From Candidatus Troglogloeales bacterium (GTDB taxonomy: Bacteria > Nitrospirota > Nitrospiria > SBBL01 > SBBT01), in assembly GCA_005239595.1 (NCBI GenBank), contig SBBT01000043.1, forward strand, positions 1 through 51,330: a DNA stretch of 51,330 nt, written 5' to 3'. Position numbers and translations under genes: made by a program. Positions 26,576 through 36,946 of this stretch are shown one piece after another; position 1 is the first letter of the stretch, and each line of letters starts with the position of its first letter. Below the pieces are notes generated by a model. It searched no databases and was not told where the DNA came from. It saw only the letters and a list, made by a program, of their open reading frames with translations.

Positions 26576-27981
26576 CCGCCGTGACAGCCTCCTCGAAGAC
26601 AACCGATGAAGTTGGACATAAACGTCCGCCGGATAAGAACCTAACCGAATCCCAAAAATCAAAAAGCCTTCGTTTTGCCATTGGTGATGGCGTTTTCTCC
26701 GCCCTGATGACCGGATTTGGGGAAAACTATATCGGGGCCTATGCCGTCTACTTATCTGCAACCGATCCCCAGATTGCCCTGATCGCTTCACTGCCACAGT
26801 TCCTGGGCGCCCTGTTTCAATTTCTTTCCGTATCGATTCTCAATATCCTCAACAGGCGAAAAACAATTATTCTTTTGGGAGTAACAGGCCAGGCAGCAAC
26901 ATGGCTCATGATCTTTGCAATCCCTCTATTTTCTTCTAAAGAATACGGCTTTCTATGGCTGATCGGATCGGTCATCGCCTACCACGTGCTGGGCGGCCTC
27001 GCCACTCCCTCATGGAACAGCTTAATGGGGGACTTGGTTGATCCCAATCAACGGGGCACCTATTTCGGAACACGAAATCGCTGGATCAGCGTTGCGAACT
27101 TTAGCGCGATCTGCGTGGCCGGCATGATTCTGCACGAAACTGCAAGGACGAATGACGCCGCGCTTGGATTTGGCAGCATTTTTTTAACAGCCGTTCTAGT
27201 CCGACTCATATCGGCATCTTATATCGCGCGGATGACAGAACCCCAATATACGCCCCGTCCGGAAGATGATTTTTCCTTATGGCAATTTATCTGTCATGGG
27301 AGGGAAACCAATTTCGGAAAGTTTGTAACGTACACCGCCCTGATGCACTTTTCGGTGATGATCTCCGGACCGTTTATCACACCCTACCTGCTTCGTGACT
27401 TGAAGTTTAGCTATCTTCAATTCATGTTTGCTACAGCGGCGGTTGTCCTGGCCCAGTTTCTGACACTGCAACTCTGGGGACGTTTTGGCGACCGATTTGG
27501 AAATAAGAAGATTCTGACCATCACAGGCCTGTTTTTATGCATGATTCCGATCCTCTGGTTTTTTGCAAAAGATCTCTATGCCGCCATTACTATTCAGTTT
27601 TTCGCCGGCATTGTGTGGGCTGGGTTTACCCTCTCCATGGGGAATTTTATATTCGACACCGTCTCTCCTCCCAAACGGGCGCAATGTGTTGCGATTTACA
27701 ATTCGGCAAACGCGATTGGTATCCTTCTCGGGGCAACGCTTGGAGGCTTCCTAAGTCGATACCTCCCTGCTGAAATTTCTCTGGCGGGTATTTCTGTTCA
27801 GCTGATTTCCAATCTCCAGCTTTTATTTTTGATCTCAGCGGGCTTTCGGTTGCTTGTCTCGATGAAGTTTCTGCCAGCGCTCCGAGAGGTGCGTGATGTC
27901 CGGCCATTGATCGCAAAAGAGCTCTCTACATTCATTGTCCAGATAAATCCCCTTTTTGGCAGAAAGGCAGACGAGGAATAA
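26554..27981 (+). CDS. MFS transporter
   Basis: 475-aa ORF with about 12 hydrophobic helices and a polar N-terminal tail. It overlaps the MBL-fold gene by 22 nt. Confidence 0.8.
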   Translation: MPSGDKIAAVTASSKTTDEVGHKRPPDKNLTESQKSKSLRFAIGDGVFSALMTGFGENYIGAYAVYLSATDPQIALIASLPQFLGALFQFLSVSILNILNRRKTIILLGVTGQAATWLMIFAIPLFSSKEYGFLWLIGSVIAYHVLGGLATPSWNSLMGDLVDPNQRGTYFGTRNRWISVANFSAICVAGMILHETARTNDAALGFGSIFLTAVLVRLISASYIARMTEPQYTPRPEDDFSLWQFICHGRETNFGKFVTYTALMHFSVMISGPFITPYLLRDLKFSYLQFMFATAAVVLAQFLTLQLWGRFGDRFGNKKILTITGLFLCMIPILWFFAKDLYAAITIQFFAGIVWAGFTLSMGNFIFDTVSPPKRAQCVAIYNSANAIGILLGATLGGFLSRYLPAEISLAGISVQLISNLQLLFLISAGFRLLVSMKFLPALREVRDVRPLIAKELSTFIVQINPLFGRKADEE

Positions 27982-28034
27982 ATGTGCCCAACCCCACGAC
28001 ACAATCGTTGTAGATACAAGCACGGCCAGGACGC

Positions 28035-28063
28035 TTTACATGGTTTTTGTCTGCCCGTATAAT
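28035..28063 (+). promoter_or_regulatory. Candidate sigma70-type promoter
   Basis: TTTACA (28035-28040), 17-nt spacer, TATAAT (28058-28063). GGAGG at 28071-28075 and ATG at 28081 follow. Confidence 0.45.
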
Positions 28064-28080
28064 GAAAATTGGAGGTTGCC

Positions 28081-28683
28081 ATGCTTCCCATCTATGAGGA
28101 TCCGGTCATTCGCTGTTTGGTTGACTCCTATTTTAAGGAGAATGAGGCGGCCCGGATGTACGATAAAGAATGCGGGCGGCAAGGGCGGCCGTTCATTATC
28201 GATCACATCACCATACGTTGCCTTAATATTGATCATCGCGCTGAGGAGTTTTTAAAAAAAGGCTATCTCTATCAAAATGAAATCATAGAATATCCTGAAC
28301 AAGGATGGTGGGCAAAAGTCTTTAGAAGGGACGGGTATCCTGCCCTATTTATCGATCAGGCCTATGACGATGAAAGAGGCAAAATGAGCATTATTCCACA
28401 ATGGGTCGGAAAATTTGGTGACCGGGTGCTGCACCATGCCGCCATTTTGGTGGAAGATATCGAGCGGTCGGTCAAGATTCTGCAACAGGTCGGCGTTGAG
28501 TTTTCCGGAGCGATTGTCGGAAATCGCGGCACGCGTCTTCGACAGATATTTACAGCCTCCGAGGTGCGCGACGGAGTTGCCTTTAGCGTTTTGGAACTGA
28601 CCGAACGAAACGGCTACGACGGTTTCTATCCGGAACAGGCCGACAGCCTGATGCAGGCGTCCATTAAGCTTAAATCAAAATAA
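28081..28683 (+). CDS. VOC-superfamily-like protein of unknown function
   Basis: The start is set at the ATG at 28081 (MLPIYED), after GGAGG. His-containing strands (IIDHITIRCLNID; LHHAAILVEDIE) resemble glyoxalase/dioxygenase-fold metal sites. The assignment is tentative. Confidence 0.45.
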   Translation: MLPIYEDPVIRCLVDSYFKENEAARMYDKECGRQGRPFIIDHITIRCLNIDHRAEEFLKKGYLYQNEIIEYPEQGWWAKVFRRDGYPALFIDQAYDDERGKMSIIPQWVGKFGDRVLHHAAILVEDIERSVKILQQVGVEFSGAIVGNRGTRLRQIFTASEVRDGVAFSVLELTERNGYDGFYPEQADSLMQASIKLKSK

Positions 28684-29073
28684 ATGATTAAGTGCCTGCT
28701 CCATACCCGCTTTCGTGTTTCAAACCTTGAGGAGACGCTCCATTTTTATACAGAGATACTGGGGCTGAAAGTCATCAGGTGCCATGCCTCCCCAAGGGGC
28801 TCGAAGTTGGCCTTTTTGTCGGTTCCGGGAAGCTCGGAGCAGATTGAACTGTGTGAATACCCTGCCAGCGGTCCGGTGGCGGTACAGGAAGACCTTGTCC
28901 ACATCGCCTTTGAAGTGGATGATCTTGACGCAACCCTGGTCTATTTAAAATCGATCGGCATCCCCATCACCGACGGCCCCACCAGTTCTTCTTCTGGAAA
29001 TCGGTTTGCCTTTATTGAAGCCCCCGACCGTTACGAGATAGAGTTAATCGAGCGGAGTCCGCTACCAGACTGA
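28684..29073 (+). CDS. VOC-family protein (glyoxalase I-like)
   Basis: 129-aa ORF. LLHTRFRVSNLEETLHFYTEILGLK and VHIAFEVDDLDAT plus YEIELIE match the paired beta-alpha-beta-beta-beta pattern of lactoylglutathione lyase-like proteins. Confidence 0.78.
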   Translation: MIKCLLHTRFRVSNLEETLHFYTEILGLKVIRCHASPRGSKLAFLSVPGSSEQIELCEYPASGPVAVQEDLVHIAFEVDDLDATLVYLKSIGIPITDGPTSSSSGNRFAFIEAPDRYEIELIERSPLPD

Positions 29074-29128
29074 CAACAAACATATCCCGACTTCATCATC
29101 CAACAACCGATAGATTAAATCCAGGCTT

Positions 29129-30697
29129 TTACGATTGTCGCCCCAGCAGCTTATATTCAATGCTGTCAACGAGTGCCTGCCAACTCGCTTCGATGATATT
29201 TTCGGAAACACCGACTGTCCCCCATGTCGTCTCGCCATCTCCCGATTCGATTAAGACACGGACCTTTGATTCCGTCCCGGCGCCGGCCGATAAAACACGC
29301 ACCTTATAATCGAGCAGCTTTACATCGGACAAAACGGGATAAAATTTTTCCAACGCCTTTCTCAAAGCATTGTCGAGGGCATTGACCGGCCCGCTTCCAA
29401 TGGCCGCTGTATGTTCCACCTGACCGTTGACCTCAACCATAATGGTCGCCTCGGCCAAGGAATCTTCGCTCTCTTGCCTCTTCTCTACAATCACGCGAAA
29501 ACCGACTAGCTTAAAGAACCGCTTGTGTCTCCCGAGCGCCTTTTTCATCACCAGTTCAAATGATCCCTCCGCCCCCTCAAACTGGAATCCGCGATGCTCT
29601 AAATCCTTTAAGTTGGCCAAAATTTCGTCCAGCCTCGGATGATCCGCAGTCAGGTTGATCTTATATTCCCTGGCCTTCTCTAACAGATTGCTGCGACCAC
29701 CATAATCAGAGATCAGGACGCGTTGGCGGTTGCCTACCTTCCCGGGCACGATATGCTCATACGTCTCTGCCTTTTTTCTGACGGCATGGACATGGATGCC
29801 CCCCTTGTGCGCAAAAGCCGCCTCTCCTACATAGGCCTGATGTTTATTGTGAGGAAGATTTGCAATCTCGCTGACAAAGCGGGAAACGTCAAAGAGATGC
29901 TTTAATTGTTCATCAGATATGCAGTTAATATTCATTTTTAGCTTTAGGTTTGGCAAAATAGAACAGAGATTGGCGTTGCCGCATCTCTCCCCGAATCCGT
30001 TCACCGTTCCCTGCACCTGCTCGATTCCACACTCCACGGCTGTCAGGGCATTGGCCACCGCCATTTCAGAATCATTATGGGTATGGATGCCTAACGGTCC
30101 ACGAAACGTCTTTCGAATGACTGTCAGGATTTCCCGGACCTGCCAAGGCATCATGCCGCCGTTGGTATCACAAAGGACCAAACACTCTGCCCCGGCCGCT
30201 TGTGCCGTCTCCAACGTCTTTACGGCATACTCGGGTCTCGCAAGATAACCGTCAAAAAAATGTTCCGCATCGTAGAAAACCCGAATCCCTTTTTCCTTAA
30301 GATATGAAACAGAGTCGGAAATGATATCCAGATTCTTTTTTAAGGTAATGCCTAACGCATCAAAAACATGCAGATCCCAGGTTTTTCCGAATAGCGTGAC
30401 GATTTCGGTACCGGCATGAAGCAACGCTTGGATATTGGGATCGTCCGAAACCTTGTTGCGCGATTTTCGTGTGGACCCGAAGGCCACCAACCGCGCCGAT
30501 TTCAGCGACACCTTTCGCATCTCTTGGAAGAAGAGGACATCCTTTGGATTGGCGCCGGGCCACCCCCCTTCAATAAAATGGACGCCGAGATCGTCAAGTT
30601 TCTTTGTAATCAGCAATTTATCTTCGACTGAAAAGGAGACGTCTTCCGACTGGGCTCCATCACGCAAGGTTGTATCGTATATTTCAATTCGGCGCAT
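29129..30697 (-). CDS. cimA: (R)-citramalate synthase (LeuA-related, long form)
   Basis: The start is [23 protein letters not shown] (ATG 30697, preceded by AAGGAG). The [10 protein letters not shown] and [12 protein letters not shown] motifs and a C-terminal LeuA-dimer domain are present. This is the CimA-type architecture, distinct from the leuA at 103..1659. Confidence 0.82.
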   Translation of the reverse strand: MRRIEIYDTTLRDGAQSEDVSFSVEDKLLITKKLDDLGVHFIEGGWPGANPKDVLFFQEMRKVSLKSARLVAFGSTRKSRNKVSDDPNIQALLHAGTEIVTLFGKTWDLHVFDALGITLKKNLDIISDSVSYLKEKGIRVFYDAEHFFDGYLARPEYAVKTLETAQAAGAECLVLCDTNGGMMPWQVREILTVIRKTFRGPLGIHTHNDSEMAVANALTAVECGIEQVQGTVNGFGERCGNANLCSILPNLKLKMNINCISDEQLKHLFDVSRFVSEIANLPHNKHQAYVGEAAFAHKGGIHVHAVRKKAETYEHIVPGKVGNRQRVLISDYGGRSNLLEKAREYKINLTADHPRLDEILANLKDLEHRGFQFEGAEGSFELVMKKALGRHKRFFKLVGFRVIVEKRQESEDSLAEATIMVEVNGQVEHTAAIGSGPVNALDNALRKALEKFYPVLSDVKLLDYKVRVLSAGAGTESKVRVLIESGDGETTWGTVGVSENIIEASWQALVDSIEYKLLGRQS

Positions 30698-31958
30698 TAC
30701 TTCTCCTTGTCTTACCTTTTCCCTTTGCTGGAGGCAGGAGACCGACTTTTGCGACCTGGAACGCATCATGAAGCGTTCGAACGGCCAGTTCAGTATATTT
30801 GGAATCGATCACACACGAAATCTTGATCTCCGACGTGGAAATCATCATAATATTGATCCCCTCTGAAGCAAGGCTGGCGAACATGCGGGCCGCCACGCCC
30901 GAGTGGGAACGCATCCCCACACCTACAATGGAGACCTTTGTGATGTTCTCCATCAGGAGGATATCCGCCACCCCCATCTCTTCCGCCAGCTTGGATAAAA
31001 CCTCTTTTGCCCGACGGGCATCCCCCCGAGGCACGGTAAAAGAGATATCGGTCAACGCCCCCTGTCCCACATTTTGGATAATCACATCTACCGATATATT
31101 TTCTTTGGCAATGGCGCCGAATATCTTTGATGCAACGCCAGGACGATCAGGCACACCAACCAGCGTGACTTTTGCCTGATTCTTGTCATAGGCCACACCC
31201 GAAACGACTTCCTGCTCCATCTCTGGATCCTCCTTCGTTACCAATGTCCCTTCACTGTCATTAAAACTTGACCGCACACGAACGGGAACCTGATATTTCA
31301 TCGCAAATTCAACCGACCGGGCATTCAGCACCTTGGCCCCCAGACTTGCCATCTCCAACATCGCTTCGTACGAGATTCTGGAGAGTTTTCTGGCGGAGGG
31401 GACAATATTGGGATCGGCCGTATAAACACCATCCACATCCGTAAAGATATCGCAGAGATCGGCGGACAAGGCCGATGCCAGGGCAACCGCCGTTGTGTCC
31501 GAACCGCCGCGTCCCAATGTGGTCACATCCGATTTTTCGTTCACCCCCTGGAAACCGGCCACCACAGGAATCACCCCTTCAGCAAGGGCCGCCTTAATCC
31601 GTTCGGCCGTCACCGCCTTAATCCGCGCATTGGTATGCACATCATCGGTTAAAATCCCAATCTGCCTTCCGGTCAGCGACCTGGCATAAACACCCCGCTC
31701 GTGCAGGGCCATCGCAAGGAGCGCAATGGTGACCCGTTCACCTGTGGAGATCAGCATATCCATTTCACGTTCATCGGGATAGGGGGTTACCTCGTGCGCA
31801 AGCCGAATCAGACGATCGGTCTCCCCGCTCATCGCCGAAACGACCACCACCAGATCAGATCCTTGTGCACGCGTCCGAATAATTCGATCGGCAACCTTTT
31901 TTATCCGATCAATACTCCCAACCGATGTCCCTCCATACTTTTGTACAATCAAACCCAT
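30684..31958 (-). CDS. lysC: Aspartate kinase (monofunctional, two ACT domains)
   Basis: The 424-aa product starts [14 protein letters not shown] and has [13 protein letters not shown] and a C-terminal ACT pair. An internal SD plus Met247 is consistent with a nested beta subunit. Confidence 0.95.
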   Translation of the reverse strand: MGLIVQKYGGTSVGSIDRIKKVADRIIRTRAQGSDLVVVVSAMSGETDRLIRLAHEVTPYPDEREMDMLISTGERVTIALLAMALHERGVYARSLTGRQIGILTDDVHTNARIKAVTAERIKAALAEGVIPVVAGFQGVNEKSDVTTLGRGGSDTTAVALASALSADLCDIFTDVDGVYTADPNIVPSARKLSRISYEAMLEMASLGAKVLNARSVEFAMKYQVPVRVRSSFNDSEGTLVTKEDPEMEQEVVSGVAYDKNQAKVTLVGVPDRPGVASKIFGAIAKENISVDVIIQNVGQGALTDISFTVPRGDARRAKEVLSKLAEEMGVADILLMENITKVSIVGVGMRSHSGVAARMFASLASEGINIMMISTSEIKISCVIDSKYTELAVRTLHDAFQVAKVGLLPPAKGKGKTRRSNAPN

Positions 31959-32010
31959 GGCGTTGTAAATCTCATCCCAAAGTTCGACACTTATACCCTG
32001 CTGCCGTCCC

Positions 32011-33066
32011 TTAAAATCCCAAAACCTTCAACACGTCAGACAAATTCGCCTTGACCGTCACCGGTTTCTGCGAAACCTTCAATGAAGAATCGGGATCCTT
32101 TAACCCATGTCCCGTCAACGTGCAAACGACCGTACTCCCTTTCTCCAATAGACCCGCTTTATTCAGTTTAATTACACCGGCCACCCCTGCTGCCGAAGAG
32201 GGCTCGCAAAATATCCCCTCCAATCCGGCAATCATCCGGTAGGCCTCCACAATTTCATCATCAGTCACCAGATTGATCTCGCCCTTAGACGCCGCAGCCG
32301 CTTCCACAGCCGCTTTCCAGCTTGACGGATTGCCGATTCTAATTGCCGTCGCCACGGTTTCTGGCTCCTCAACAACATGTCCCAGAACGATCGGGGCCGC
32401 CCCCGCCGCCTCGAATCCCATCATCTTCGGCAATGAGGCCGTTTTGCCTTTTTGATGATACTCCCGATATCCCATCCAATACGCGGTAATGTTCCCGGCA
32501 TTGCCGACCGGAAGAAAGTGATAATCAGGGACTGATCCCAGCTGGTCGCAAACCTCGAAGGCCGCGGTCTTCTGACCCTCCAGACGATAAGGATTCACAG
32601 AGTTGACCAGCGTGACCGGATATTTCTCGGCCACCTGTCTCACCAAGGCCAGCGCCTCATCAAAGTTTCCTGCCACCTGAATAACCTTGGCCTGATGGAT
32701 CATCGCCTGCGCCAGTTTTCCCAGCGCAATCTTCCCTTCCGGGATAAGGACATACGCCTTTATTTTCCCTCGGGCGCTAAACGCCGCTGCCGAGGCCGAG
32801 GTGTTCCCCGTGGATGCGCAGATGACCGCTTCGGCCCCCTCCTCTTTCGCCTTCGATATGGCCAGCGTCATGCCGCGATCTTTAAACGATCCGGTCGGGT
32901 TTCCCCCCTCACACTTCAAATAAAGGTTGATTTCGGCATGGATCGCCGAGGCAAGCCGCTCTGCCGAAATCAATGGGGTATTCCCTTCAAGAAGGGTCAC
33001 AACCGGTGTCTGATCCGTCACCGGAAGAAATTCCCGATAGGCGTTGATAATTCCGCCCCATGCCAT
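32011..33066 (-). CDS. thrC: Threonine synthase
   Basis: 351-aa ORF with the PLP-lysine motif [10 protein letters not shown] and the SSGNAG-like TGNTSAS segment. Confidence 0.95.
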   Translation of the reverse strand: MAWGGIINAYREFLPVTDQTPVVTLLEGNTPLISAERLASAIHAEINLYLKCEGGNPTGSFKDRGMTLAISKAKEEGAEAVICASTGNTSASAAAFSARGKIKAYVLIPEGKIALGKLAQAMIHQAKVIQVAGNFDEALALVRQVAEKYPVTLVNSVNPYRLEGQKTAAFEVCDQLGSVPDYHFLPVGNAGNITAYWMGYREYHQKGKTASLPKMMGFEAAGAAPIVLGHVVEEPETVATAIRIGNPSSWKAAVEAAAASKGEINLVTDDEIVEAYRMIAGLEGIFCEPSSAAGVAGVIKLNKAGLLEKGSTVVCTLTGHGLKDPDSSLKVSQKPVTVKANLSDVLKVLGF

Positions 33067-34401
33067 CTATGGGGCCTCTCCTGCCTCGGGCCCTTCCACA
33101 CGGATGAGCACGGTTGGTTCCGAAACATAGTTCACCTGATTCACCTGGCGGAGGGCCTCCTGTACATCCCGCTCCCTCGCCCGATGGGTCATCATCACCA
33201 GGGGAACGGCCCCCCCCGCCTTCCTTCCCTGCTGTATCACGGATGAAATACTTATTTGGTATTGTCCCAACACGCCCGATATCTTCGATAAAACGCCGGG
33301 CCTGTCTTCCGCCGTGAACCGAAGATAGTAAAGACTCTCGATCTCTTCTACCCGCTTGACCGTCAGCGGCGTTCGCGACATTTGGAGAAACGATGCGGGC
33401 GGAACCCTCCCTCCCATTGCGTCCCCCTTGATTATATTTCTTGCGATGTCGATCAGATCGCTCACCACGGCGGCGCCCGTTGGAATGGCCCCTGCGCCGG
33501 GACCATAAAAAAGGGTTTCGCCCACCGACGTGCCGGCAATATAAATCGCATTGTAAACGCCGTCCACTTTTGAGAGAAGATACTCTTTTGGGATCATGGT
33601 CGGATGGACGCGGGCCTCAATCTCCCCATCAGCCAGCTTGGCAATCGCCAGCAGCTTGATCTTGTATCCAAACTCCTCGGCAAAGAAGATGTCGAGCGCG
33701 GTCACCTTGTCGACCCCCTCCGTGTAGATATCCTTTATGGAAACAGGGGTCCCAAAGGCAAGATTGGCCAGGATGGCCAACTTATGAGCCGAGTCGGCCC
33801 CGCCAATATCGAGGGTCGGGTCGGCCTCGGCATATCCCAATCGCTGCGCATCAGAGAGGGCCTCGGAAAACTGTTTTCCCTCGTCGGTCATTCTGGTAAG
33901 AATATAATTGCATGTCCCGTTGACGATCCCATAAATGGCCGTAATGTTCTCCGCTGAAAGTCCCTCCTTCATCGCCCTGATAATCGGGATCCCTCCGCCG
34001 ACACTCCCCTCAAAACCGATATCGACTCCTGCGGCATCGGCGGCGCTGAAAATCTCCTCGCCATACGCGGCCAGGAGGGCCTTGTTCGCGGTCACCACAT
34101 GCTTACGGTCACCGATGGCATCCAGGAGATATCTGCGGGCGGGATCATACCCACCCATCAGCTCAACCACAATGTCAATTTCCGGATCTTTGATGATTCT
34201 ATTCGCATCGGTCGTTAAAATGGCCTTCGATATGGCAACACCGCGGTCCCGCTTCAGATCGAGGTCGGCAATCCCGGCAATCTCAATGGGACAGCCGAGC
34301 CGGCGGCGGATTAACTCCTGCCGTTCGACCAGGATTTTGACCACACCGCTTCCCACCGTACCAAAACCGATGATACCGACCCTTACAGCAGACCGCATCA
34401 C
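33067..34401 (-). CDS. hom: Homoserine dehydrogenase with C-terminal ACT domain
   Basis: 444-aa ORF with the [12 protein letters not shown] Rossmann motif, a catalytic-domain segment ([12 protein letters not shown]) and an ACT-like tail. Its stop abuts the thrC ATG (TAGATG). Confidence 0.93.
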   Translation of the reverse strand: MMRSAVRVGIIGFGTVGSGVVKILVERQELIRRRLGCPIEIAGIADLDLKRDRGVAISKAILTTDANRIIKDPEIDIVVELMGGYDPARRYLLDAIGDRKHVVTANKALLAAYGEEIFSAADAAGVDIGFEGSVGGGIPIIRAMKEGLSAENITAIYGIVNGTCNYILTRMTDEGKQFSEALSDAQRLGYAEADPTLDIGGADSAHKLAILANLAFGTPVSIKDIYTEGVDKVTALDIFFAEEFGYKIKLLAIAKLADGEIEARVHPTMIPKEYLLSKVDGVYNAIYIAGTSVGETLFYGPGAGAIPTGAAVVSDLIDIARNIIKGDAMGGRVPPASFLQMSRTPLTVKRVEEIESLYYLRFTAEDRPGVLSKISGVLGQYQISISSVIQQGRKAGGAVPLVMMTHRARERDVQEALRQVNQVNYVSEPTVLIRVEGPEAGEAP

Positions 34402-35579
34402 CCGCCACCCTTTTTTAAGATCTTTCGAATTCCCTGAATCGCCTGTCTCGTCCGATGCGCATTCTCAACCAACGCAAAACGGACATAGTCATCGCCATAT
34501 TCTCCAAAACCAATTCCGGGAGAAACGGCCACCTTGGCTTCAACCAAAAGGTGTTTGGAGAATTCCAGCGATCCCATTCTTCGAAAAGCTTCCGGGATTT
34601 GCGCCCAGACAAACATGGTTGCCTTCGGCTTTTCGATCTTCCATCCCACCCGGTTCAATCCGTTCACCAGGACATCCCGGCGATGGCGATAGAGGTCCAC
34701 CATCTCTTTGACGCAATCCTGTGGTCCATTCAGGGCCACAATCGCGGCAATTTGAACCGGCTGAAAAATGCCGTAATCCAGGTAGCTCTTTAACTTGGTT
34801 AAGGCGCCAATGATCTCCCTGTTTCCAACGCAAAAACCAACCCGCCAGCCTGGCATATTATAACTTTTTGAAAGGGTAAAAAATTCAACGCCGACCTCTT
34901 TTGCACCCGGCACCTGAAGGAAACTCGGGGCGCGATAGCCGTCAAATGCCAGGTCGGCATAGGCCAAATCATGGACCACAATCAAATTATTCTCTCTCGC
35001 AAAATCAACAACTTTCTTAAAAAAGTCGAGCCCAACCACCTGTGTGGTCGGATTGTGCGGAAAGTTGATGATCAGCATTTTCGGACGCGGCCACGCCTGT
35101 CGGGTGGCAGTCATCATATCCTCAAAAAAGTCCCGCTCCGGGCGAAGCGGTATGGAGCGGACCTCCCCTCCCGCAATGATCACGCTATACGGATGAATCG
35201 GATAGGTCGGGCTGGGTGCCATTACCACATCGCCCGGGCCGATCGTCGCAAGGGCCAGATGCGCAATCCCTTCCTTGGAACCGATGGTGACAATCGCTTC
35301 CTGATCAGGATCAAGCTCAACCGAAAAATTTCTCTTATACCAATCGGTGATCGCCAAGCGCAAACGGGTAATTCCACGCGAGGCGGAATACCGATGATTT
35401 TTGGGGTTCTCCAAGGCCTTGATCGCCTTACTGACAATATGGGATGGGGTCGGCTGATCGGGATTCCCCATTCCAAAATCAATAATATCTTCGCCTTGAT
35501 GCCGCGCCTCCATCTTCATCGTGTTGACGATATTAAATACGTAAGGGGGAAGCCGTTTTATTCGCGAAAAATCGTACAC
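34398..35579 (-). CDS. Class I/II PLP-dependent aminotransferase (alanine/aspartate aminotransferase family)
   Basis: [17 protein letters not shown] and the PLP-lysine region [14 protein letters not shown] are present. I chose the GTG at 35579 (GGGAG 5 nt upstream) over the TTG at 35591. Confidence 0.85.
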   Translation of the reverse strand: MYDFSRIKRLPPYVFNIVNTMKMEARHQGEDIIDFGMGNPDQPTPSHIVSKAIKALENPKNHRYSASRGITRLRLAITDWYKRNFSVELDPDQEAIVTIGSKEGIAHLALATIGPGDVVMAPSPTYPIHPYSVIIAGGEVRSIPLRPERDFFEDMMTATRQAWPRPKMLIINFPHNPTTQVVGLDFFKKVVDFARENNLIVVHDLAYADLAFDGYRAPSFLQVPGAKEVGVEFFTLSKSYNMPGWRVGFCVGNREIIGALTKLKSYLDYGIFQPVQIAAIVALNGPQDCVKEMVDLYRHRRDVLVNGLNRVGWKIEKPKATMFVWAQIPEAFRRMGSLEFSKHLLVEAKVAVSPGIGFGEYGDDYVRFALVENAHRTRQAIQGIRKILKKGGG

Positions 35580-35618
35580 AATTACTCCCAACTAATTAAA
35601 AAACTTGAAATTTTTAAC

Positions 35619-35647
35619 ATTCTATTTTAAACTGGCAGCCATGTCAA
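35619..35647 (-). promoter_or_regulatory. Candidate sigma70-type promoter of the aminotransferase-hom-thrC-lysC-cimA operon
   Basis: On the minus strand: TTGACA (35647-35642), 17-nt spacer, TAGAAT (35624-35619), about 40 nt upstream of the start codon. Confidence 0.55.
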
Positions 35648-35798
35648 ATGCGCCAATCACAGCGCACAAATATAAGCATGTCTGTCATGAACAGACGCCA
35701 AACGGTACAAAGCCACGATCATCGTCCGTTGTTTCTCACATGCGCCATTTCGGATTTTCTGTCATCGTTTTCCATCTTTAAGCAAATTGGCATGCGAA

Positions 35799-35828
35799 TT
35801 GACAAATTAAAATCATGCTAATTAGAGT
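35799..35828 (+). promoter_or_regulatory. Candidate sigma70-type promoter of the htrA-lig-yjbQ unit
   Basis: TTGACA (35799-35804), 18-nt spacer, TAGAGT (35823-35828), 41 nt upstream of the ATG at 35869. Confidence 0.4.
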
Positions 35829-35868
35829 GTCTCTACCGTCTCGCATATCAATTTCCGGTTAAAGAAAC

Positions 35869-36945
35869 ATGTCCTCTTTCATCCGTTTCCTTTCACGCAT
35901 GATATTTTTCCTTATCCTGCTTCCAGTCGCCCTGCCGGTCCCTTCTGATGCGGCCTCTGAAGACGAAGAGAATACCATCGCCATTTACGAACGGGTGAAC
36001 GCAAGCGTCGTCAACATCACAAACATCGCCGTCACCTACGATTTTTTCCTAAACCCGGTTCCTTCTGAAACAACGGGATCCGGTTCAATTATAGATAAAA
36101 AAGGATACATCCTCACGAATCATCATGTGATCCGCCACTCGGATCGTCTGGAAGTCACCCTCTCTGATGGGAGTAAATGGCCCGCAAAACGGATCGGCGC
36201 CGACCCACAGAGCGACCTGGCCATTATCCAAATCGGCGCCCCTCCAGAGAGGCTCACTGTAATGCCGTTCGGGAGTTCAGATCACCTTCGTCCCGGACAG
36301 AAGGTTTTGGCCATCGGGAACCCGTTCGGCCTGGAGCGGACATTGACATTAGGCATCATCAGCTCTCTGCGCAAATCGGTTAAGTCAGGGGAATTCGAGA
36401 TGGATGAGGTTATTCAGACCGATGCGGCCATTAATCCTGGAAATTCCGGCGGCCCGCTCTTAAACTCCGACGGGAAGATGATCGGGGTGAACACGGCTAT
36501 CTTCACCCCGTCAGGAGGAAGCGTGGGAATCGGCTTCGCCATTCCGATGAACAATGCCAGAAAAATCATTATGGAACTGATCACAAAGGGCTATGTCTCC
36601 TATCCCTGGTTGGGGATCGATTTCCAGGTCCTCATCCCGGAATACGCCGAAGCACTCTCCCTCCCCGTCTCACGGGGCCTCCTGATTGCCAGGGTATTTC
36701 GGGGAGGGCCGGGGCATCTTGCCGGAATACGCGGGGGGAAACACAGGATCGAGGTTGGAAATGCCATTCTGATTGTCGGCGGCGACATTCTGGTTGGAAT
36801 GGATGGGAGTAAAATCGAATCGGCCGATGATTTCCATCGCCTGATGAAACAGAGAAAACAGGGTGAACGGACCACCTTGACCGTTTGGCGGGGCAAGACA
36901 AAAAAAGAACTCGCGGTCACACTCGGAGAACGTCCCCGATCGTAA
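35869..36945 (+). CDS. HtrA/DegP-family (S1C) serine protease with one PDZ domain
   Basis: 358-aa ORF with a signal peptide, the catalytic triad contexts TNHHVI, DLAIIQ and GNSGGPL, and a C-terminal PDZ domain. Confidence 0.88.
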   Translation: MSSFIRFLSRMIFFLILLPVALPVPSDAASEDEENTIAIYERVNASVVNITNIAVTYDFFLNPVPSETTGSGSIIDKKGYILTNHHVIRHSDRLEVTLSDGSKWPAKRIGADPQSDLAIIQIGAPPERLTVMPFGSSDHLRPGQKVLAIGNPFGLERTLTLGIISSLRKSVKSGEFEMDEVIQTDAAINPGNSGGPLLNSDGKMIGVNTAIFTPSGGSVGIGFAIPMNNARKIIMELITKGYVSYPWLGIDFQVLIPEYAEALSLPVSRGLLIARVFRGGPGHLAGIRGGKHRIEVGNAILIVGGDILVGMDGSKIESADDFHRLMKQRKQGERTTLTVWRGKTKKELAVTLGERPRS

Positions 36946-36946
36946 C

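Noticed and set aside
33935-34711. Long antisense or out-of-frame ORFs inside strongly supported genes. Examples are this 258-aa ORF and also 613..1191, 11868..12422, 14840..15508, 18763..19434, 34971..35630, 38450..38968 and 46645..47178.
   Set aside because: Each lies wholly within a gene with clear family motifs on the other strand or frame. Their products are Arg/Pro/Ser-rich shadows typical of mid/high-GC coding regions, and none has a recognisable domain.
35788-35803. Sigma54-like element TGGCAT-N5-TTGAC upstream of htrA.
   Set aside because: The critical -12 GC is GA here. The same TTGACA reads as a good sigma70 -35 box with TAGAGT 18 nt downstream. No enhancer-binding protein gene is nearby.
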